This document shows, piece by piece, positions 49,646-64,000 of a stretch of DNA of 64,000 bases; positions within the stretch are counted from its first letter, which is position 1; every line of letters starts with the position of its first letter. The position numbers and the translations under genes are program-made. The notes beneath the pieces are model-generated. The model had not been told where the DNA came from and searched no databases. It was given only the letters and a program-made list of their open reading frames with translations. Source of the stretch: Chiloscyllium plagiosum (taxonomy: Eukaryota); contig NC_057718.1 in NCBI RefSeq assembly GCF_004010195.1, forward strand, positions 97,575,300-97,639,299, read 5' to 3'.

Positions 49646-49988
49646 CCATTGACTTAGAAATCGATATAAGTGTTTTGATTTCTTCTTAATCTATTACTCT
49701 GCTAACTCTTGGTCAGGCAATAAAGTTATTGGCAAGATTTCCCTTCCCTCTCACAAAGGGCTCAATTCTGCTTTATTGGTGCTCCATCAATGGGGCTTCC
49801 TCATCACCAGCTCAGGACAGGCGAGGTAACAAGGGCTTCAAGGTTCTAAAATGTTTTTGTGTGTTTCACGTTCCCCACCGGCACCCACCCCAGTTTATAA
49901 CATGACCTTGCATTCCTCCATTCGATTAGATCTCACTCCAAAGCATACAGCACACACCCCCCCCCTCATGCCAAGTACAATAAAATGA

Positions 49989-54540
<4,552 letters not shown>

Positions 54541-54707
54541 TGAAAACATCTACCTTTGGTTTTTCTGAAGAGGGGCTGACAGGGTAAATGTTTGAGAGGC
54601 TAATCTCTTTTTGGTTAGGAAGTTTGGAACAACTGATCATAATCTCAGAACAAAAGGTCAGCCACTTTGGACTGCCATGGGGAGAAATGTCCTCACTCCA
54701 AAGTCAT

Positions 54708-55577
54708 TGAGTCAGAGAGATGTACAGCCAACTTGTCCATGCCAACCAGATATCAGAACATAATTTGCCAGCACCTGGCCAATATCCCTCTTGTCCCTTC
54801 CTAATAATGTACTCATCCAGATGCCTCTTAAATGTTGTAATTGTACCAGCCTCCACCACTTCCTCTCGCAGCTCATTCCATACACGCACCACCCTCTGTG
54901 TGAAAAAGTTGCCCCTTCAGTCTCTTTTAAATCTTTCTCCTCTCACCCTAAACCTATGCCCTCTAGTTCTGGACTCCCCCACCCCAGGGAAAGGACCTTG
55001 TCTATTTACCCTATCCATGCCCCTCATGATTTTATAAACCTCTATAAGGTCACCCCTCAGCCTCAGATGGTCCAGGGAAAACATCACAACCGATTCAGCC
55101 TCTCCCTTTACCTCAAACTCTCCAACTCCGGCAACATCCTTATAAATCTTTTCTGAATCCTTTCAAGTTTCACAACATCCTCCCTTTAGGAGGGAGACCA
55201 GAATTGCATGCAATATCCCAAACCCACCGTCCTGTACATCCGTAACATGACCTCCCAGCTCCAATATTCAATACTCTGACCAATAAAGGAAAGCATACCA
55301 AACGCCTTCTTCACTATCCTATCTACCTGCGACTTCACTTTCAAGGAGGTATGAACCTGAGTGTCTTTGTTCAGCAATAATCCCTCGGACCTTACCATTA
55401 AGTGTCTAAGTCCTGCTCTGATTTGCGTTTCCAAATTTCAACACTTCACATTTATCTAAATTAAACTCCATCTGCCACTCCTTGGCCAATTGGCCCATCT
55501 GATCAAGATCCCGTTGTCCCCTGGGGTAACCTTTTTTGCTGTCCACTGCACCTCCAATTTTGGTGTCATCTGCAAAC
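54708..55577 (-). mobile_element. CR1/HER1 LINE fragment
   Basis: [10 protein letters not shown]...EWQMEFNLDKCEV through to the 3' UTR on the minus strand. Confidence 0.9.
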
Positions 55578-55717
55578 ATTCTAAAGGTCAAGAATCTTTG
55601 GAATTCTGGACCATAGAGAGCTGTGGATGCTCTGTCATTGTGAAAATTCAAGCCTGGGATTGACTGATGTTTGGGTACTAAGTGAATCCCCAGATCTGAG
55701 ATGAAGTAGCAAGACTG

Positions 55718-56660
55718 ATTAGATGGGCCAATGGGATGAGAAGTGGCAGATGGAGTTTAATTTAGATAAATGTGAGTTGCTGCATTTTGGAAAAGCAAAT
55801 CTTAGCAGGATTTATACACTTAATGATAAGGTCGTAGGGAATGTTCCACTGTTGGAATATTGCGTGCAATTCTGGTCTCCTTCCCATTGGAAAGATGTTG
55901 TGAAACTTGAAAGGGTTCAGAAATGATTTGCAAGGATGTTGCCAGGGTTGGAGGATTTGAGCTATGGGGAGAGGCTGAGTAGACTAGGGCTGTTTCCCCT
56001 GGACCGTCAGAGACTGAGGGGCGACCTCATAGAGGCTTATAAAATCATGAGGGACATGGATAGGATAAATAGACAAGGTCTTTTCCCTGGGGTGGGGGAG
56101 TCCAGAACTAGAGGGCATAGGTTTAGGGTGAGAGCGGAAAGATATAAAAGAGACCTAAGGGGCAACTTTTTCATGCAGAGGGTGGTACGTATATGGAATG
56201 AGCTGCCAGAGGAAGTGGTAGAGGCAGGTACAATTGCAACATTTAAAATGCATCTGGATGGGTATATGAATAGGAAGGGTTTAGAGGAATATAGGTTTGC
56301 TCACTGAGCTGGAAGGTGCATTTCCAGACGTTTTGTCATCCGACTAGGTAACATTTTCAGTGGGCGAAGCACTGTTGATAATTCCTGCTTTCTATTTATA
56401 TGTTTGGGTTTCTTTGGGTTGGTGATATCATTTCCTGTGGTGACATCATTTCCTTTGGTGATGTCATTTCCTGATATTTTTCTCAGGGGGGTGGTAGATG
56501 GGGCCTAACTCAATGGTGTTTGTTGAAAGGAGGTTGATCGATTTGGAGGCATATGGGCCGGGTGCTGGCAGGTGGGACAAGATTGAGTTGGGATATCTGG
56601 TCGGCATGGACGGGTTGGACCAAAGGGTCTGTTTCCATGCTGTTCATCTCTATGACTCAA
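55718..56660 (+). mobile_element. CR1/HER1 LINE fragment interrupted by a Penelope fragment
   Basis: MGQWDEKWQMEFNLDKCE...MLPGLEDLSYGERL...YMNRKGLE. The 3' UTR resumes at 56541. Confidence 0.9.
56293..56540 (-). mobile_element. Penelope (Poseidon-like) 3' fragment with degenerate hammerhead
   Basis: Minus strand: an NKH..ELGPIYHP-like ORF end, GGAAATGACATCACC repeats and CACTGAAAATGTTACCTAG...GACAAAACGTCTG. Confidence 0.65.
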
Positions 56661-57512
56661 TGGAGTTTAGGTTGAAGATCCTCTATGTGCATTGACAAAA
56701 TTAAAATCTTTCATCTTGTGGCTTGCAAAATTTATAAAGGAGGACCAATTAACACTGCATGAGAAATCAGTGCTGATTGATTGGCAAGTTGATGTCTGAT
56801 TGCTCAAGACATTGCCGTAGAGACTGCATTGGAGATCTTCTCTCCCATACATTTGATGTTTTTTTTATAAGTGCACAATGCCTTGAGTGTTCCTTTTCCC
56901 TACAAACAATGCATTTGTAGCTCCCTGCCAGAGTAAGTGAACCCATTATTAAAGTGGTTGGTCGTGTAAATCCTCGCACACCCAAGGTTGTTCAGCAAGT
57001 ATTGTCCAATCACAGAATCAAATCTAATGCCCTAAGTTTTGTGAGCATGGACTGCTATGATACTAAGCCGTTGATCTTATTGAATGGGGTTATAGAGTCA
57101 ATCCCGCTGATATTTGTGATGTTGTGCTGTGCGGAACGTTCAGATACAGACAAATGAGCAGGACTGGCTGTGTTGGACATTAGCTGGTGGGAGTGGGATC
57201 TTTTTATGAGATTCCTTTCTCACAGATGAACTTCAACAACAATGAGAGCCTGTTGGGAAAGCGGGAACCATTAATATTGCATTACTTTAGCAACTTTTGC
57301 AGTCCCTGTAGACTAGAATGTCCTCCATACTCGGAGAAGTGGGTTATCCAAGCCAATGGAGCCTTGTGCATTCATTCGTAATTGTTGAAAACCGAGTTAC
57401 TAACCTTAACTTCGAATCTTCAAGCTATCAAATCAAATCTGAAATATTTATAATGTTTAATGGGCATTATTGGAGGAGAGAGGAGAATCGTGAGCTTATT
57501 ATAGCTCCTGGA

Positions 57513-58535
57513 TGATGTGGAGATGCCGGTGTTGGACTGGGGTGGACAAAGTTCAAAATCACACGACACCAGGTTATAGTCCAACAGGTTTATTTGGAAG
57601 CACTGGCTTTCAGAGCACTGCTCCTTCATCAGGTGGTTGTGGAGTATAAGATCATAAGACACAGAATTTCTAGCAGAAGATTACAGTGTCATACAGCTAT
57701 ATATTGAACAAACAAGGAATTTTAAGTCTTTCATCTTTTAGAATGGGTTGCACGTTTCAATTCATTAATATGTAAATCCCAGAACTTCTTTTAAGCCACC
57801 TTCTCGAGATAACTTAAGGTTTTCTAACTTAAGGTGCCATCTCAGCTCAGACAAGGCATTATAGGTGTGAGGTCATAGTCTGTCTGTATCCCAAACTTAA
57901 GTCAGACTGGTTCTATTTCCAAAGTGGAATTTACAAAGTATGACATGGATTGACTGCCTGCAGATTGGGCATTTTTTGAGCAAAATAGAATGAGTCTGCA
58001 AATCCTCCCCATTGACTTGTATGTATGTGTGCGTGCCTGAGAGAGAGCGTGTGCATGTGAGTGTGTGAGTGCATGTGAGAAAATGTGTATTTGCATGTGT
58101 GAAAGCTCGGTAAAGTGTGTGTGTGGGTGTGATGGAGTATAAGTTTGTGAGAGGGTGTGTGCATGGGTGTCAGTGTGGGGGATGTGTGTGTATGAGAGAG
58201 AGTGTATATATGAGAGAGAGGGTCTGCGTGTGTGCACGTGTGCATGTGTGTATGTATGTATGCATAGTGTTGTGGGGTCACCTGTAGTGTGACATGAACC
58301 CAAGGTCCCGGTTGAGGCCATCCCCATAGGTACGGAACTTGGCTATCAGCCTCTGCTCAGCCACTTTGCGTTGTTGCCTGTCCCGAAGTCCACCTTGGAG
58401 GATGGTCACCTGAAGATTCTCAGGCCCCTGATCTGCTGAAGTGTTCCCTGATTGAAGAAGGAGCAGTGCTCCGAAAGCTAGTGCTTCCAAATAAACCTGT
58501 TGGACTATAAGCTGGTGTTGTGTGATTTTTAACTT
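57513..58535 (-). mobile_element. Penelope-like element (family 2), 5'-truncated, with an inverted partial terminal repeat
   Basis: The minus strand encodes the GIY-YIG end LQVTILQGGLRDRQQRKVAEQRLIAKFRTYGDGLNRDLGFMSHY. CA-rich UTR. Terminal repeat at 57513-57640 has an inverted copy at ~58447-58535. Confidence 0.88.
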
Positions 58536-60043
58536 TAGCTGCTGGATGGCTGGGCTGAAGCAACTACACTTTTTTTTAAAAAGATCATTCTGAAGGTGGA
58601 TTTATCCTTTATCCATGAAACATGATGCGTACATAATCCTTCAAAACTGAGGAAGAGAAAGGCAATAGGCTTTCTTTCTTCATGAATATCTAACCTAGTT
58701 TAGCCACTTAGTCTGGTGTCGAACTGATAGATTCACACAGTGCAGAAGGAGGCCATTCGACCTATCATGTCAATGTTGGTTCTGTTATGCCCTTCCACCC
58801 CCTTACTTGGTTAGAGATTTTAAAAAAACTGCAGATGCTGGAATCCAAAGTAGACAAACAGGAGGCTGGAGGAACACAGCAAGTCAGGCAGCATCGAGAG
58901 GTGGAGAAGTCAATGTTTCTGGTCAATACCCTTCATCAGGACCTGATTTTTCCATCTCCAGATGCTGCCTAACTTGCTGTGTTCCTTCAGACACCTGTTT
59001 CCTTTGAGGTGTTGTGCTGCAGTAGTAGCGTCCCCACTTCTGGGCCAGGAGCCTTGGGTTCAGGTGGGCAGCAGGCTGGCTCAGTGGTTAGCACTGCTGC
59101 CTCATGGCGCCAGGGACCTGACTATCTGTATGGAGTTTGCACATTCTCCCAGTGTCTGCGTGGGTTTTCTCCGGGTGCTCCGGTTTCCTCCCACAGTCCA
59201 AAGATATGCAGGTCAGGGTGGATTAGCCATGCTAAGTTATCCATAGTGACCAGGGATGTGCAAGCTAAGCGAGTTAATGTGGGATTACGGGAATTAGGGG
59301 GTGCTCTTTGCAGGGCCAGTGCAGACCTGATGGGCTGAATGGCCTCTATCTGCACAGTAGGAATTCTATAACTCCCCTATGATTCTATGTCCTACCTGCT
59401 CCAGAGATATGTCCTAACATACTCTAAAAGATTGATGAGGAAAATACCTACCACCCAGTTCCTGCAGGAGTTCCCCCAAGAACTGTGGAAAGAGGGGAAA
59501 CTCGGAGAGCATGGATTAGATATTATTCCTCACTAAATTGTCAGAGGAAGTGGTGGAGGCTGGTACAATTGCAACATTTAAAAGGCATCTGGATGGGTAT
59601 ATGAATAGGACGGGTTTGGAGGGATATGGGCCGGTGCTGGCAGGTGGAACTAGATTGTGTTGGGATATCTGGTCGGCATGGACGAGTTGGACCAAAGGGT
59701 CTGTTTCGATGTTGTACATCTCTATGACTCTATAAATGTGAGACAAAAGTGAGGACTGCAGATGCTGGAGATTAGAGTCTAGATCAGAGTGGTGCTGGAA
59801 AAGCAGGTCAGGCAGCATCCGAGGAGCAGGAAAATCGATGTTTCAGGCAAAATCCCTTCATCAGTTTAATCTAGACTCTATAAATGTGAGCATATTCCCC
59901 CAACTTCCCCTGCGTACAGTGAACATCCTGGGATTGAATGTTGTTTGCACGAATCTGATACACAGTTAATGATAAAATGGTCAAATGAAAAATGTATCGA
60001 GGTCTAAAAATCTTTTATACTTTTGTTTGAATGATGTACTCAG

Positions 60044-60198
60044 ATCTGGCTATGCAACTGAACATGGGGATGTTTGAGCATAATGGGAAAAGTGGCTTCC
60101 GCCTGAAACCGGAGTTCATGAGACGGACAGACAAGCACTTTGACCCCTTCACTGAGACCACTGTGGATGGGATTGTGGCCAATACCCTCTCAGTAAAG
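60044..60198 (+). CDS. PLCB1: Phospholipase C beta exon, end of Y box and start of C2
   Basis: tactcag / gtatgc. Encodes [52 protein letters not shown]. Confidence 0.97.
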
Positions 60199-61099
60199 GT
60201 ATGCAACATTCACTTTAAATGGAGATCTTTAAAGGAATTTTTTTTATCAAAGGATGTGGTTGACTTACATCGGATTGGAGTGTGGGTGATAAAGTGCTAT
60301 GAGAAACGAAGCTCACTGCCAAATAATTTTAGTCTGAGTCAAATTCCGAAGCAGTCTTTATTCATCCGTTCTTGCAAGCCCGGGTGACCACAAAGTAGGC
60401 ACCCTTCTGAATAATATTATTTTACATTTATACAGTTTCTATGAGCCTCCCTGTACCTTCCCTTTTACCTCACATGTGACAGTTGTATTGCTCTGTGCAG
60501 CTGCTAATCTAGTCGGCTTACCACATCTGTCTGTGGCCTGTTGTTAGCGTGCAACCCCCCCTTGATAGCTGAGTCTTATTACTTTTGCTGACACAACACT
60601 GGGTCTTATCACTTATGCACACTGAGTCTTTATGACTTCTAAGTACCTGACTTCTGTGGAAGCAACACTTAGACACATTTTACACAGTGCTACAATACTG
60701 TAGCAGGCCATTTGGCCCATTGACTCTGTGCTGGCTCTCTGCAAGGCTGAGTTGGCTCATTCCCATTCGTCTGCTCTTTTTCCATTACCCAATTATTTTC
60801 TTTCCTTTTGGTACCCGCTTTGGAGAGACACAGCTGTGCATTCTAGATGCTAACCAGCCGCTGTGTGAAACAATTTTCCCTCAGGCCACCTTTGATTCTT
60901 TTGGCGATGACCTTGCCTCAGTGTCCTCTGGGTGTTGAGCCTTCCTAAGGCCATGGGTAATAGGAGCAGGAGAAGGCAATTCATCCCCTTAAGCCTGCTC
61001 TGTCAGTCAGGAAGATCATGGGCTGATCAGATTGAGGCCCTAACTCCACTGTAAACCTTGACACCAGTGCTATCTAACTCAACTGGGATATATATTCAA

Positions 61100-62222
61100 G
61101 CCAGGGAACTATAGACCAGCGAGCCTGACATCAGTGGGCAAGTTGGTGGAAGGAATCCTGAGGGACTGGAAATCATGTCTCACAACCTTGACTGAGTTTT
61201 TTGAAGAAGTCACATCAAGGATTGATGAGGGCAGAGTGGTAGATGTGCGCTATATGGACTTCAGTAAGGCGTTTGACAAGATTCCCCAAGGTTAGATCTC
61301 ACGGAATACAGGGAGAACTAGCCTTTTGGATAGAGAACTGGCTCAAAGGTAGAAGACAGAGGGTGGTGGTGGAGGGTTGTTTTTCGGACAGGAGGCCTGT
61401 GACCAGTGGAGTGCCACAAGGATCGGTGCTGGGTCCTCTACTTCTCATCACTTATATAAATGATTTGGACGTGAGCATAAGAGTATGTTTGCAGATGACA
61501 CCAAAATTGGAGGTGTAGTGGACAGCAAAGAGGGTTACCTCAGATTACAACAGGATCTTGACCAGATGGGCCAATGGGCTGAGGAGTGGCAGATGGAGTT
61601 TAATTTAAATAAATGTGAGGTCATGCATTTTGGGAAAGCAAATCTTAGCAGGACTTATACACTTAATGGTAAGGTCCTAGAGAGAGTGCTGCTGACAAAG
61701 TCCTATCGGAAAGATGTTGTGAAACCTGAAAGGGTTCAGAAAAGATTTACAAGGATGTTGCCAGGGTTGGAGGATTTGAGCTTCAGGGAGAGGCTGAACA
61801 GGCTGGGGCTGTTTTCCCTGGAACGTCGGAGGCTGAGGGGTGACCTTATAGAGATTTATAAAATCATGAAGGGAATGGATAGGATAAATAGATAAAGTCC
61901 TTTCCCTGGGATGGGTGAGTCCTGAACTAGAGGGCATAGTTTTAGGCTGAGAGGGGAAAGATATAAAAGAGATCTAAGGGGCAACTTTTTCATGCAGAGG
62001 GTAGTGCGTGTGTGGAGTGAGCTGCCAGAGGAAGTGGTGGAAGCTGGTAGAATTGCAACATTTAAAAGGTATCTGGATGGGTATATGAATAGGAAGGGTT
62101 TGGAGGGATATGGGTCAACTGCTGGCAAGTGGGACTAGATTGGGTTGGGATATCTGCTCGGCATGGATGAGTTGTACCGAAGTGTCTGTTTTCGTGCTGT
62201 ACATCTCTGCGACTCTATGACC
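61100..62222 (+). mobile_element. CR1/HER1 LINE, RT to 3' end with internal deletions
   Basis: [41 protein letters not shown] and the CR1 tail. Confidence 0.93.
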
Positions 62223-62604
62223 CACTACTGGCTGTGGAAGAGAATTTCAAAGAAGTACAAACCTCTGGGAGAAGAGTTTTTTACTCCTCTCTGTCTCCAC
62301 TGTCTCCTTAAGTTTTTTTAAACGCTCCCCCTTGGTTCTAGATTCTTCTCAGTACTTGCCCTGTCAAGTCCTCTCAGAGTTTGGTACATCACTTCTCATT
62401 GTGCTAAACTCTAACAGGGATAGATCAAAGCTACTCAACCTTTCCACATCAGATATCCCTTTCATCCGAGGAAACAGTCGAATGAACCTTCTCTGAAATG
62501 TATCCCTTTTAAGTCTATCACCAAGACAGAGGAACCTCCTTCATGAGTCCACTCTGCCCATCGAAGAGATAGCCCCCACTCCCCTCTGCCTCCTCCATAT
62601 ATGT

Positions 62605-62923
62605 TGGCGGCACGGTGGCACAGTGGTTAGCACTGCTGCCTCGCAGCGCCAGACACCCGGGTTCAATTCCCGACTCAGGCGACTGACTGTGTGGAGTTTG
62701 CACGTTCTCCCCGTGTCTGCGTGGGTTTCCTCCGGGGGCTCCGGTTTCCTCCCACAGTCCAAAGATGTGCAAGTCAGGTGAATTGGCCATGCTAAATTGC
62801 CCGTAGTGTTAGGTAAAGGGGTAAATGTAGGGGTATGGGTGGGTTACACTTCGGCGTGTCGGTGTGGACTTGTTGGGCCGAAGGGCCTGTTTCCACACTG
62901 TAAGTAATCTAATCTAATCTAAT
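62605..62923 (+). mobile_element. HE1-like V-SINE, full length and young-looking
   Basis: Intact head with boxes A and B, central domain, CR1-like 3' end and (TAATC)n tail. Confidence 0.95.
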
Positions 62924-64000
62924 CGTACTCTCAGCTTTCACCCTTCTCCATTGGATTCTCAACCCTGACACCCATCACCTTTAAAAACTCTGTGTTGTGT
63001 GTAGACAGTGTTGCGACTCTGTCTGACTGTTAGAAATCAGTTGTAGTGTTTGCTTCATAACTTATAATGTGTTCGACTGTTTTAAATAAACCAACTCACG
63101 GGATTAATCAATTCCTGACATGCGATTGATTATTAGACCACCCCACTCAAAGTGAAGTCTCGCTCCAGCAATGACCTGCACCAGGGGTAGCCCATAATCT
63201 TGCCAGTAATCATTGAATTGCTGGACATCCAACTGGTGGCAGATCTCACGTTCAGGAAGCCCCATTTCAGACGGCCAGAATTCCAGCCTCCAGCCTGTCG
63301 ACCATTAACTGACCATGGGGTCGCCATTCTTATTGAAGGTGGACTCCCCACTTATTTTTCTAGCCAGGCAAGAAAGGGACAGTGGCACATGCATGCTGCC
63401 GAATTCCACACGGGATGTCGCATTCAGGTAAGTTTTACATCTCCGAAGCCCCCTTCCCTCCATCCCACATTCCTGATGAAGGGCTTAAACCTGAAACATC
63501 GACTCTCTTGCTCCTTGGATGCTGCCTGACCTGCTGTGCTTTTCCAATGCCACACGTTTCGACTCTGATCTCTGAAGGTAAGCGATATGAGAGATGAGAC
63601 AATTGCAAAGCCCAACATGGTAGGTCATTGTGCTGGTTTAAGGCACATCAAATTCAAGACTTTAATATTATACAATTGTCAGGTAAATGTTAACAATCAA
63701 TTGTACTGACGCAAGAGGAACGTAACTGTTCAAGCTGATTTACCTCGTAAAATTAAATCTGTATCATTCCCAGAAATGACTGTCCCAGTTAAGTGATAGT
63801 ATTGTTTCCTTCGTTACCTGAGATCACTCTGCCTTTACTTGTAGCTCAGTGGTAGCACTTAGACCTCACAGTGAGAAGGCCGTCATTACTCTCGGGGTTT
63901 AAGGCTTCAATCCGGCCTGACACTACAAGTGCAGGACTGACTGAGTGCTGCAGTGTCAAAAGAGCTCTCTTATGGATGAAATGTTAAATGGAGGTTCCAT

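Overview
Repeat-dense vertebrate DNA, very likely an elasmobranch (shark): it carries HE1-type V-SINEs with (TAATC)n tails, HER1/CR1 LINEs with TCTATGAC tails and shark-type Penelope repeats. The only host gene I can support is six + strand internal exons (28670-60198) of a phospholipase C beta. They splice in frame into 218 codons covering the X-Y linker, the Y catalytic box and the start of C2. The sequence is closest to PLCB1, but PLCB3 is not excluded. One intron (50192-54407) has U12 minor-spliceosome signals. A symmetric 123-nt linker exon lies between two 483-bp direct repeats. The 5' end is a 22-bp satellite with higher-order structure and a 500-N gap, interrupted by Penelope pieces and a ~760-bp-arm inverted duplication. 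Other content: three or four Penelope-like families with minimal hammerhead ribozyme motifs, an L1 with an internal fold-back and a nested CR1, a Tx1-type LINE inserted into the TC tract of a SINE, a TA-flanked MITE, a solo LTR and many SINE/LINE fragments. Most ORFs in the supplied track are translation artefacts of repeats. I found no convincing wholly new biological system. All family assignments come from recognising the sequence, not from database searches.
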